From positions 930,001 to 994,000 of the forward strand of contig CM120642.1 of the NCBI GenBank assembly GCA_051362555.1: a stretch of DNA of 64,000 nt, in the 5' to 3' direction. The notes under the pieces are model-generated. The model ran no database searches, was not told the DNA's origin, and saw only the letters and a program-made list of their open reading frames with translations. The stretch is from Lingula anatina. Its lineage: Eukaryota; Animalia; Brachiopoda. Every line of letters begins with the position of its first letter. The stretch's first letter is position 1. The translations under genes and the position numbers were made by a program. This document shows, one piece after another, positions 28,331 through 40,641 of the stretch.

Positions 28331-30067
28331 ACCATGTTTTGTCTTGGCATTTATTTATTTTTTTTATTTTCAAATTGTCATTATATGTAACAGAATTATA
28401 TAAGAAAAGACACAACACTTAGTACTAGTAATTGTTTTCTAAAATCCTCCATACACAATATTCTTCGTGAATTAGGTTATTATTATTTTTTTTCTTTTTT
28501 TAACATGGATTTTGATTTTTATCTATGGGTTCATCAATTATGAATTAATTTTATATATAACAGTAATTAACATGCGTGTTTTATAATAAGGAACAACAAT
28601 TTTAATAGGACACTACTTTAGGGTTTTTAAAAAGAAGGAGAAGATCCCTTGGGTTATTTGGATCCCAATTAGTTAGTAAAGATATATGACATCAACTAAT
28701 AACGAACGTGAAGGGTGCGTTTTACTGTAATTTAGACTATGTTGACGTCACTGGAATCGTTTTAACGAGGATCATCCAAGGAATTAGCACCGTGAGACAA
28801 CTTTCCGTTTTTAATTATAACTTATCAGATAACGCACCTGATACAAATAAAGATATAAATTGCAAGCTCTGAAGTCCCTTCTCCTGCGCAAGCATAAAGG
28901 ATAGGCATTTCATGAGCATAACTGGCGTCGTATTTCGATACCCCAGGTGAGGCAAAGGGTGAATATTATCGGCAGAACCTTTACGCAAGGACGACTCGAT
29001 TTACCTGTTGTTTCCTCGTAGTAATTATCGAGAAAGCAATGCCTGTCTACAACCGTTACTTAGACAGAAAAGGCGTGACTGAATACTCTCTGTCATGCGT
29101 CAGTCATTTGCATGCTGAGACACACCACGCAGGTGAAGCATGAACCAATGAGTGACCAATGGCTGCAGACTCCGATTGCAATACATTCAGCTTCTCACTG
29201 ATGTTTCGCGCATCTCTTCTATTTGTGAAATAGGCTCATGTGATCAGTCTTAAACGGTAACAAATCTTCGTATGAGATCCATACTTCACAATATATACAT
29301 TGTAAACAGCTTATACAAACATAACGAATCCTATTTTACTATAAAATCGGCACTTATCACAATGACATGTAGTCTGGAATCTGTTCTTGACATTGGACCA
29401 GTGACCTCTATAGGCCTAGACGGCTACCCTGTCTAATAATCTACTAAGCAATTAACTATTACAATAAACACGATTTTTTTAGGAAAAATACATTGATTAA
29501 CTTTAAATGTCGGAACTGATTCATTATCATAGGAAAGTACATGTATGGAAAAAGAATTCTCTTTTTATCGTCATCGGTAAAAACCTGTTCCCATACTGAA
29601 ATCGTGTTTTCGGCCGTCAGACTGGACCGACGTTTTAAAAATAATGGCACAATAAGCCATAACATGAATAAGGTGTTAGCATAGAAGACCGTGCATGCGA
29701 CCACAGCTGCCCGGGAAGACTGCCAAACACTGGGTTTTAATTTATTCATTTATATTTTATTATTTTATAGTTATATACATTTTCTCCTACACTCTCACAC
29801 ACTCCCATTCACGCGCCTTCTTCTACATATAAATATCTACTGATATATACTCTTTCACTAACATTATTTTTTGTATATGTTTCGAGAGATATATTTATTT
29901 TATCTATTCATATATCTATTTATTTTACTGCATGGCAAATTTGAACTTTCTGTGGTGTCATTTAATAAACTGACCAATATCGACGAAGAATGGTTTCCAT
30001 GAGGAAGTATTGACATTTTCTCATTGCTGAGAAGGTATGGCAACTGCTATCAAATTCTCCAATTTGA

Positions 30068-30118
30068 TGAGTCATCTAAGAAGGCGGTGACAAAAATCCG
30101 TGCCGTAAAGGTATAAAA
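30068..30118 (+). promoter_or_regulatory. AP-1 site (TGAGTCA 30068-30074) and TATA box (TATAAAA 30112-30118) of gene D
   Basis: Consensus motifs 90-140 bp upstream of ATG 30208. Confidence 0.5.
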
Positions 30119-30207
30119 TCTCAAAATCACGAAACCTGCCCAGCAGTGCCGGTCAGTCCGCGGAGGGCTTGCTATGAAATAGCCGGAGATTCATAATCAG
30201 TGGCACG

Positions 30208-33200
30208 ATGTTCAATGTCAAGTCTACTCTCAGCGGCGTGTTTTTGTTTCTTGTTCTCACAACGGTCACGGGGCAAGGAAACGGCATTCCCAAGCTAGAT
30301 GCTACAAATTACGGGAGCACCACGCCAACTTTTCACAACACAACAGTTTTGAATTCATCTTTCACCCAAGACAGTACGTCCACTCAAATTAAAACCAGAA
30401 ATGACGAAAACGCAAAGGAAGTGTCTACAGTACCTTGGACCCCGTCGGACTCTAGTCTTGAACAACCACAAACAAAAACAGCGATTACCGCGGGATTCAG
30501 TCGTCCAGAGGAGTCCACTGGCAAGGCCTCTTACCCTTGGCTCGGGTTCACAGTTGAACACAACGAGGAACCCGCTCCTCTCACGACTACAGTAGCTGGA
30601 TTCAGTTCGGAATCAAATTCAGGGGATGTAGGGCTGATTTTTAACCGTACTTTTCCGCCACAGTTCTGCGCCAGAAACCCAGACAAACGCGTTAAAGTGT
30701 TTTGCTACTGCGATGAATTCTGCGACGTGTTCAATGATTGCTGTCCGCCGCTTCACACCTGTCCGGAGAGTTCACAAGCCGAAGAGGATCACGGGAAAAG
30801 GAGGGCCCGAGAGGGACTTGGACGAAATAACATTGCTTGTAAGTCACAGTCCACAATACGTTTAAGAGGAGTTGTTAGTCATAACTTTTGGATGATATCA
30901 GCGTGTCCGTATGAATGGGGTAACGACAGCGTTCGTGATAAATGTGAAAATTCAACCAACAGAAATGCCATTGACCGCCTTCTTCCTGTTTCGGATCCCG
31001 TCACAAAATTGGCATTTCAAAATCAATACTGCGCGGAGTGCCACCTTTCTACCAACCCAATCAAGTGGACGTCATATGTCACGTGTTTTTGGCCCGGCAC
31101 AGTTGAGGGTCTTTCCATTACAAGCGTGACCGATGTCATGGATCTTTTGAAATCAAGACCGTCGTGTGGGCTACGCTTTGAACCGCCAGCAGATTTACCC
31201 GGACGCCCATGTGCCCCGAATGGAAACCCACCTGCCAGTTTTGTGGGGTGGTACACCGGGCGACAGTGTGGACCGAAAGCAGACCCTCGACTTAAAGAGC
31301 TGTGTTCCACCGGACAAATGTTAATTACACGTGTCCAACCGGAATTGCGTCCTGTCTTCTACATGAGAAACGTCTTTTGTTGGCTTTGTGAGAACGACAA
31401 CATGATACCGACGGATATAGATTGTCCAGAAGAGAGTAAGTTGTAACTGAAATCATACCATATACATGTATATCTATAGGGTTATTTAGACATTGCTGTT
31501 GTGTCACTGGTTATTATGGGTTATTATGTCACTGTTTGTAAATCTGCTACCAAAACATTGCATTATTGAGGCCAAATACACTACTTGCTAAAACTTAAGT
31601 TGTAACTACCAAATAAATACCATTTTATTCGTGTCCATGTTGATGATGCCTGATATCCCTTTAAATAATTTAATTAATTGATGTTGGACTTTTGGGTAAA
31701 GTGTCCATTAAGTAATTCAAAATATTCTCTTCGAACTGAATTTGGTATACTTTTGTTCAATATCCAAAGCCATATTCAAAGCCGAAGGTTGAAACGTAAA
31801 AAGATCCCTTGTACCTCCCAAACCCATGGTATTGTTCTTATTTTCAGTCCCAGATGGTGCCCGTGACTTCAGTCCCATAGGCCTCACAATGCTACTTGAT
31901 CCCTCAGCCGAACATTCTAAAGCCTGTGAAGCAGGACAGAAGGTGAGTTCGTTGGTTGTAGATCACCATCAGAGAAATGTCAGCTGAAGATGGAAGAAAA
32001 ACATAGGAAAAAAATTATTGCTTTTTTATTTTTGATGTATTTAGAAAAACAAATTCAAGATTCTCTGGTTGTCCTTGAATCTCCTGTGCTCTTTTTCCAA
32101 ACTATGTTGCTTTAGAGGATGGTTTATATTTTTGTAAAAAAAAAAATGACAAGCACTCCATTAAAAAGGGATCAATTAGTATATAATCACGTCTTTGAAG
32201 TCAATATATTGTGTATGTCGCGTGTGCACACCAATCTCTTGGTCTTTTCTTTCTACATATATATTCAAGCGCAAAACGGTCTTAAAATATGTTTGAAGTA
32301 ATCATTGGATTGCAGTTTGAAACATCTGTGTGACTTTTTGTGGCTTTTATTTTGCTTGGATGTGGTACGGTTTATTTCCGAAGCAATTTTTTGGGAATTT
32401 TGTTGCATCTGTGTCCTGAACATATTTTTCAAATGCACAAAAATCAATCAAAGGGTATATTTTCTAAAAAATGAAAAAAAAAAAAAACCTCAGGGGTTAT
32501 AATAACATTTATTTTATTTGTATTCTTTATTTTACTTTATTTTTTATTGCATTAAATTAACTTTATTTTGTGAATTAATAATTTTACAGAGCGTTAAACT
32601 TTAAAATGTGAACATTTGCATTACGAGCGGAATTTATTAATTATTTTCCTGCTGCCTTTATTAATGTTTTTAAGAAATTCATACCCTAAAGTAATTTTCA
32701 TTCATCCTCTCCTCATACTAGTTCTATATCAACCAAAGACCAAATAAAAATGCTTTAAGACGTATTTGATGATAAATAAAACCTTTATTACAAATCATTA
32801 TGAACGGAAAATTAGCATATAAATGGACTGAAATACAGCTGTACATTGTTACCTGGGTACAACAGGTGTACAGAGAGACTTCATATAATTTCTAAACAGA
32901 TTCAGATATTTTAAAACTTAAAAAAGATAAATATAAAGATTAATATGGATTGAAAAAAAACTGAAAGATAAAATATTCTATTAATACATATTTTGTGTCA
33001 AAAGTGCATTCTCACTTGGCAAATCATGTTAGTGACATTGTCACCCACTTCACGTGTATAGTTATTAACACAAACCTTGTTTATGATGCATGGTTTCTGC
33101 AAAGTATTTTCAGTTACTTTGAGTGCAATTTCAGGAAGCTTTTTCACTCCGTTTTGAGTGTCGCCGAAAGTTTATCACGCTCGTAGAGGCGTATCACTCA

Positions 33201-33759
33201 ATTAATGTGATTGCATTCAGCAAAAGTCCCTGCAAAGTTGGCTCGATCTCCGTAAACTCATTAGGAATGCTCTTTGTGTATATATTTGGCACTTGGAGAT
33301 ATTTTCCATCCGTAATTGCACATCGTCTTTCAAACTTTGCAACATTTTTTTTTTCAAAACTTATCTTTCACGTTTCTCATATTATAATTAGAGTTAGGAA
33401 TTAACCACTGCAAAATAGTTTATCCTTTAAAGAAATCATTAACAGAGAGCAGAATTTTGAGGTTTTGAGATCATTTTCCGTCCATATAGCAAAATTCCGT
33501 CCGTAATGCAAAACGAACGTCACGCTTGCATTTTAAGATTTGTGTTTCTAGCAAGGTTCTGTTTCAGTTAATCAGTCAATTAGTCAATCAATTTTTCATC
33601 AAAACCATACTTATTGTAGAACATGCACCCCTTCCCCGTGTTCTAAAACAAAATAGGTAACATTACGAAGCAAATTTTGAAAGAAACATCTCTCCTATCA
33701 AATCAATAATTATTCCAAAAAACAAAAAGAGCAGTATGACAGTCTGAACACGGTGAGGT

Positions 33760-33803
<44 letters not shown>

Positions 33804-34473
33804 ATAGAATATGAACGTCGGAATGGTTTTCTTCCAGGCAACTTGTGATGATGATGATGATGATGATGATGATGACGAGAGCCAATGCCAGTCAGTTATA
33901 TCATCCCTGTTTAACGTGGAGTTCCCTTTCCAAGTGGCTGTCATCGCCAGCGGTGCTTCGAACGTTTCGGCCTACCGTGGTGTTTGCGGAACTGTTTATA
34001 TACAAGCTGATTACTTATTTATATCGTATCCATTCCTTAATACTTTGGCTGATGGACCATGGTATTTCAGTCGTGGCAATGGCGTGAATTGCACAGAGAT
34101 GGTAGAAACACAGAATGGACAAAACACGACCCATACCGTAGTGGCTATTTGGTCCATGGGGATTCACTTGCGGGAAGATATCCAGCAGTACAGCGAGGGT
34201 CTCAAGAGGCTCGAATCTTTTAAAGAAGAAATTAACAGAGAGCTGCTCGCCAGAGACGAAAAGTTTACGTATGGCGACAAGACGTATCAACTTCGTGTTT
34301 TGCTTAATGAAGGTTTGCATTGCGCAGGTGTCACAACAAGGAATGGTTCCAAGATCATGACTCCAACGGCAACCAATCCAGGAGATGTCCCACGTTCTCG
34401 AGGGGAGGTAGCTTTTGCGCCACCGACACATGCATTTTTATTTGTGGCATTTTGGTTTTCAACATTACCATGA
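30208..34473 (+). CDS. Gene D: secreted, probably GPI-anchored protein with Ser/Thr-rich N-terminus, somatomedin-B-like domain and poly-Asp, about 652 aa (exons 30208-31435, 31848-31942, 33838-34473; alternative acceptor 33808)
   Basis: Signal peptide MFNVKSTLSGVFLFLVLTTVTG; SMB-like CYCDEFCDVFNDCC; FWMISACP...LPVSD...FQNQYCAECH motif. Donors GTAAGT (phase 1) and GTGAGT (phase 0) join the exons in frame. Hydrophobic C-terminus AFLFVAFWFSTLP*. Confidence 0.8.
33763..33876 (+). repeat. Intronic poly-T (33763-33802) and coding (GAT)9GAC tract (33847-33876)
   Basis: Directly visible; the triplet tract encodes Asp10. Confidence 0.95.
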
Positions 34474-34737
34474 GCATTAAGTGTGAACCAAGCTCCACAT
34501 ACAGCACCAAAGCCGTAGACTCTTCAAACACATCAGTGTGCATTGTTTAATATTGTCTCCGTATATTGATTGCATTATAAAGATAATCTTGATAAGAACA
34601 AACGCATAGAACGGAGTATACAATCTGTTTACTAAAAGTTAAATCTCAAACGTATTATTTGGTCGGTCAGCTCTAAAATGCGATTGTAGATTCTAGGAAA
34701 GTTATATCAAGGTGTAGATATAAGTGTAAGCTTCTCG

Positions 34738-35063
34738 TAAGCACAGAAGAAAGGTTAAAATTTGCCTTATCACCGTGTTCTCATATCTATTCAAGAAGCA
34801 GAGAAGAAAGGCTAAATCAGAAAAAAAAACAATTTTGCCTTATCACCGTGTTCTCATATCTATTCAAGAAGCACAGAAGAAAGGCTAAATCAGAGAAAAA
34901 CAATTTTGCCTTATCACCGTGTTCTCATATCTATTCAAGAAGCAAAGAAGAAAGGCTTAATCAGAAAAAAAACACCTTTGCCTTAGTTCTCACATCTATT
35001 CAAGAAGCACAGAAGAAAGGCTTAATCAGAAAAAAAACATCGTTTTGCCTTAACGCCGTGTTC
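34738..35063. repeat. Tandem repeat, about 70-bp unit, about 4.5 copies, downstream of gene D
   Basis: Unit AAGCACAGAAGAAAGGCTAAATCAGAAAAAAACAATTTTGCCTTATCACCGTGTTCTCATATCTATTCAAG. Confidence 0.9.
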
Positions 35064-35789
35064 TAGATTATTCCAGAGTATATGTGTAAAGAAATCATTT
35101 AAAGGAAAGAATAAAGCACCATATTTAACCGGACTCTAGACTCGTGTTGATTACGTTTTACCCTTGTGAACAACAACAAAATCGTGGTAATAGTACGAAG
35201 TTTGTTTTTGTTGCATTATTCATCACTTACGGGGTTCGATTGGGTGCCCAACCGTTAATTTTCCATTTCGCTGCTTTGCAAATTGGCGTGAGGTAGCAAT
35301 CGCTTTTCGACGAAACTCCATAACTCGGCAAGATATTCTCATGCAAATTGGCCTTATTGTTGACCAGGGTCGCAGCATTTTTAGAATAAAATAGGAAAAA
35401 AAACTTTGAAAGTGCGAAATTACAATCTTATCTTGATATAACCCACAATACCATGGAAATAATGCCAATCTAATTCACACGTATACTGTAAAAACTGACA
35501 TAATTAAAACTATCAAGACAATTTGACGATATATTTATTCAAACAAGAGGAAAGGGGCTTTTATTCAGATGTTTCTCAAGACATTTAGTATGGTTAAGCG
35601 CCGTCAATTTCGCTTTCGTTTTTTTCTTTCTTCAGCGCAGTTATTTCAGTTTCTTAAGCAAGGTGCTGGACGATAAACGCCACATTTCACGTATACAATA
35701 CGAAGGCGATTTCAGTTAAATGGAAAATAATAAAAAGTTACAACCTTAAAGGTTTACAAAGCGACCATTATCACACAGTTTCACTAAAA

Positions 35790-36408
35790 GCATATAGGTT
35801 ACACAGGCTACATCTGCATTTGGGTCCTTCCCAAAGCCTTAAAAGTGATTTAAACTCATTTGAATTAATGCTTTGCTTTAAGTCATTTGAGAGATCATTC
35901 CATATTTCTGGCCCAAGATATGATAAGGGGTTTTTTGCCGTATGTCACTGTGTTAAATCTGGGTATATTTAGAGTCTTTTCTCCTCTACGGTTGTAACTT
36001 TTTATTCTTTCCTGGAAAAGGTCGGAGATTTAGGAAGGTGCAAGTCCATGTATAGGTTTGTAAACCTCAAGTGCAAGCATACGTAGCCTGTTCAAGGGCA
36101 GAGTGCTGAGGCCTGACATATTTAAAAGCTCGTCGTAACTGCTTGTGTGGTTGTCGTAGACAAATCTTAGACCCCTTTCCTGTATCTTTTCTAATTTTTT
36201 CACATTTCCCTCACCACAAAAGTGCCATACTAACGGACAATAATTAAAGTTTGATAATGTAAAGTGATGAGAAAATGTCTGAGAAAAAAGAGTTCAGTTG
36301 TTCTGCCATAATCCCTTCATATATTTTTGAAAATACTGGGAGCACACTTACTGGCCTATAATTTTCCTTGTCAAAAGTGTCCTTTTTCTTATGGATGGGT
36401 GTAACATC
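35790..36408 (-). mobile_element. Internally deleted CR1/L2-group LINE remnant
   Basis: DVTPIHKKKDTFDKENYRPVSVLPVFSKIYE (start of RT) is joined near 36265, in another frame, to SNFNYCPLVWHFCG...LEKIQERGLRFV...GPEIWNDL...WEGPKCRCSLC (post-RT C-terminus). Contains stops. Confidence 0.85.
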
Positions 36409-37226
36409 AGTTCCTTTCATTTCGGATTTCTGGCAAATTTCCTTGAAGGAATTATTACTGTCTTGTTTCCTATTATTTAATAAAATTAAATAAACAACTA
36501 CCGAGGTTGAATCACATTTCCTGTCTTTACCCATAAACGTCTACTTATACCCCCGTCACACTAGAGGCAGAATGAACAAGAATGCCGTCGGAAAGACAAT
36601 TCTTTGTGCATCCTGGATAGTCAAAGAGAATTCTAAACATTCCGAGTGCATTTCAAATAGTTTTACCCATTCTTGTTGTCGGCCTGAATGTTAAAAACTT
36701 TCGAAGTGCATTCCAAGTGAAAAATTATCGAATGGCATTTGGATAGTATTCCAACAGCTCTGTGACTGCATTCTAAATATTCTCACGGCATTCCGACAAC
36801 ATTCGAAACATTCTGATCACAGGGGATATTCGAGGGATATTCGAACTGACTTAAGGCCCCCGTCGCACTTATTCGGAACCAGCAGGAATCAAGGTAAAAC
36901 CAGCCAGAATGAATTAATTGAAAAATCCGTGCCATAATCGGGAGGAAATTTCAAATTGCAGTCAGAATATTCCGAATGAAATTCAAATGCCGTACGAGTG
37001 TGGTTTGACTGCTGGCTGAATACAGGCTGAAGTATGTAATGATATATGATGTAATGATATATGAAGCGAACTCAAATGCAGTCAACTGCTCCCACTATGG
37101 CTGCCAATGATGGTTTGAAATATAAAGAATTCAAACATAATGCAGCTGAAATACCTAAAACACTTAATTAAAAGTACTTTCTAACATGTTTAGGATGTAA
37201 CACGATGCCAAGAGTGTATAAATAAC

Positions 37227-37394
37227 CAGGCCCGTGGCCAGGGGGGGTCGGGGGGTTCGAAAGAACCGCCCCTTTTGGTGGGAAAAGGTCCACTCTGGGT
37301 AAAATTTGATCTAGGTTCATGAAGTTTTTATGGAAAAAGGTCCACTTTTTCATAAAAAGAACCCCCCTTTTTGAAATTGCTGGCTACGGGCCTG
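37227..37394. mobile_element. MITE with CAGG termini and 5-bp direct flanks (hAT-like)
   Basis: TIRs CAGGCCCGTGGCCAG and CTGGCTACGGGCCTG; ATAAC at 37222-37226 and 37395-37399. Confidence 0.75.
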
Positions 37395-37639
37395 ATAACG
37401 CCACTGGAATGGTAACTGAGTATAGCCTACCATGCTTATACAGGTATTTACTGACAATATCTCTTCTGAAATTGGACATAAGAAAGACATTATCTAGGGG
37501 CACTTTCTCGCTATGGAGCTCTCTTTTCAAAATTTTATAAGTTTTGCCAAGATCAATAACCTTTCTAAGTGTATTCTTTTTGAGGCAACTCCTCTATCTC
37601 TAATTACTGTGCCTGGTTCAAGTTGTGACTGGCCCTTTA

Positions 37640-37757
37640 ACATGGAAGGTGTGTTGACATGGACAACCCTCCACTTCAAACGAAGCCCTGAATCCTCAGA
37701 AAAATTATGCCCACCTTTCCGACTTTGACATTCAGGTACACAACAATACTGAGGCAT
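37640..37757 (-). pseudogene. THAP zinc-finger N-terminal remnant, probably from a DNA transposon
   Basis: MPQYCCVPECQSRKGGHNFSEDSGLRLKW fits THAP C-x-V-P-x-C...H-x-F...R-x-x-W. The C-terminal C-x-x-H-F is missing. Confidence 0.55.
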
Positions 37758-38641
37758 GTTTATTATGAGCAGTGCCACAGTCCCACGTGTGTTATTTCCA
37801 AAATGGCGACTGTGGAAGTACTGAATTCACACTAGCGACACCTGGCGCCAAGCGGGCTGTTATACCCATTGTAAAGGATGATGTAATGAAATGACCAGCC
37901 AGCCATTTTCAAAGTCCCAAGGATGATTGTAGGGATAGTATAGCGGACCACGAGTAAAAACGAAGAAACATCACAGTGTGAACTGTTCACAGACGAATTC
38001 AACTGAACTGAACAGAAACTGGTGAAAACTATAAAAAATTAAATATCGAGGTAAATAAACCAAATATACTAAATAACTTAATTCATGTGATCTTGTCTAA
38101 AAAAATCAATCTTTACATACGTGTAAGTTTACTTCACTAATTATTTAATTTCAAACACTTACTTAAAAACGATATCCATACTCGTTCTCCGCTGCCAACT
38201 GGCTTCCCAGAGACGGTCATGACAATCTAAGCTGTTGCTGTAATTTATTAAAAACGTAAAAATACATGAAAATGCCACACCCATACCAACATACACTTTG
38301 ATAAACACAATGCCCATAGCCTTCCTTCAATACTGATTATAATCATAAAAAAACATGTAAACTTATGTAAATCACACAAAACACTTCTATATAATGTGAA
38401 ATCTAAATTTCACTATATTAAATACATAAAATTTTCACAAGCTACATGTATCATTAAACCATAACTTCACTCTGTCGGTAAGTAATAAATCACCGCGCAC
38501 GTGCGACATCGCCTTTTATACAACTGAACACGTTACCAAATTGAGCAGTGTTAGTAGTTTTTCATCTAACACAATCTGAATAACATAAGAACATCGTTGA
38601 AATGAAAATGAAAATAATAATTATATAGATAATTTCTGCCA

Positions 38642-38817
38642 TGCCGGTGTAACGTGACAGATAGTCCTCCATAACAGAGAGTCCGCTTCTCATTCATTTG
38701 TACAGGTGAGACTTGCCCTAGATTTTGACCCACTTAGGTCAGACTAACCCTAACCATTATAACTATATGGAGGGCGGACTTTCTGTTACACAGACCCTCA
38801 GTTTCGTTACACTGGCA
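38642..38817. mobile_element. Small MITE-like inverted-repeat element
   Basis: TGCCGGTGTAACG pairs with CGTTACACTGGCA; internal TAACAGAGAGTCCGC pairs with GCGGACTTTCTGTTA. Confidence 0.5.
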
Positions 38818-39369
38818 ACAGATAGTAAAACGTTAAAACATACAGATTCAGACACAGACCCATTTTTCAAATCAAATGACAACGATGGTTACAATGACTA
38901 TTTGAATAGAATATTAACAAGGAAAATAATGTTTAATTCAAATCTTTGCAACGCGCACTTTAAGACAATATCAGGCTGCACCGTGCACAGTTTCAAGAAA
39001 AAAACTGTTGAAAACAACAAGAAGATCAAATCTCAGTAGCAACGTATCAACAAAGGGTACCGATTTCAACAACTACCACTTCGAGGAATGACAAGGGTCG
39101 ACCCAGCCTCCCAAGCGAAATCCACTTTTAATTGCAAGCAAACGGTCTAGTTCCTGTTTTCAGTCCTATAACAATTTAGGTTTAAGCGGCGCTGGATACG
39201 GCCTGACACTTTTAAATTAGGGGCAATTAAGAGCAACAACAAATTACATAACATTTTAAGGGTAATTGCCATGACACAATGTGTCTGCGGTGACGGTGTT
39301 CACTATTTAAATACGCGACACTCTTATATGCACCACGCAGCTGTCTTTAGGTTTCAGCAAGGGGCGGCC

Positions 39370-40604
39370 ATGAAGTTCGTTGGCGTGGTTGGGATTATCC
39401 TGAGTCTCTCGGCGTTGACGTCAGGTTAGTATTTGGCCTGTTAACTCTATTGAAAATGGTCATTTTGTCATTTCTCTAATCTTTCTTAAACTAATATATT
39501 TTTTCTTCTTTATTTTCAGTTGGTTTTTTTCATTTGTATATCACATATATAATTTACCTTTTGTTTATTGAAGTTTTTCCAATTGTCTCATCTTTGCTTC
39601 TTTTACACACTGATATTGAAAAAAAATTGAGAAATTTCTAACAATTTATTTTCCTTTATTTTCATACCCTATGACAAATGAATTAAAACTGTTTCTTAAT
39701 TATCAGCCCACGCCGTAGCTCACGGGCCTGACTACGTGGTTTGGGTCGCCGAGTGGGGCACCTGGAGCAATTTCACCATTTGTACGGCAAGTTGTGGAGG
39801 AGGAATCAAGATGCGAACGAGGGAGTGTATTCTTAGGAAAGTCCACTATCACACCCTACATAGCGTTGGAATGAGGCCCTCTTGCTGCGCGGGAGCGTCC
39901 GTTGAGATCGTCCCCTGTAATACGCATCAGTGTGTCAGTAAGTCTACCTCTGTCATCATTTTAATATTGTTTAATTTTGTTTACCGTTTGGAATTTAAAA
40001 CGCAAAGAATAAAGCAGCACTATTTCTTCATTCAATAGACAGTATCAAAATGTTGTCTAGCTTTAATATTTCGATGTAATGTCTGTCAAGCTATAAAACG
40101 ACAGAAAAGCTGCATTAAACCGAATGCACTTGGGCGGTAATGATATTTTTCTGACTGTCGGCGGATTCCGACGTTTTGGGTGCCAAGAATTTCATTTTTG
40201 AGATCGATGCAGAAGCCCCCTTGATTCCACTACTCTAAATGGCAGTCTCATCCCTGTTTCTGTCAAGATCTCACCCTCCCTCTGGGGAAAAGCAGTCAGA
40301 TGATGCACAAGCATGACAACGTTGTTACAACTACCGATACAGTTTCGTTGCGGCTATACTTGTAAGCATGGGAGTCAGGAAGAACTTCATTAAATTGTCT
40401 CAGAGTCTAGAGCGATTGAAGTAAAGAGCTTGAACTGAAACGTTTCAACGATTGCACGAAAAATCACCAATGTAGAGCCGAGTTTTGATACCGGTTGCAA
40501 AATGCGTTCAGTTGCAAAATGCGGCGCTACTAGTAGAGGCGCATTATGCATCTAAGCGCATTTTGCAACTGCAACGCATTTTGCAACCGAAAAGTAATAA
40601 TAAT

Positions 40605-40641
<37 letters not shown>

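Noticed and set aside
33845-34087. Poly-Met ORF and minus-strand poly-Ser/Ile/Lys ORFs
   Set aside because: Alternative readings of the (GAT)n and poly-T tracts.
36548-37100. Two CCCCGTC(A/G)CACT motifs with ATTCGAA-rich repeats
   Set aside because: Probably Harbinger-like fragments, but they are in direct orientation with no matching second end or TSD, so the element cannot be delimited.
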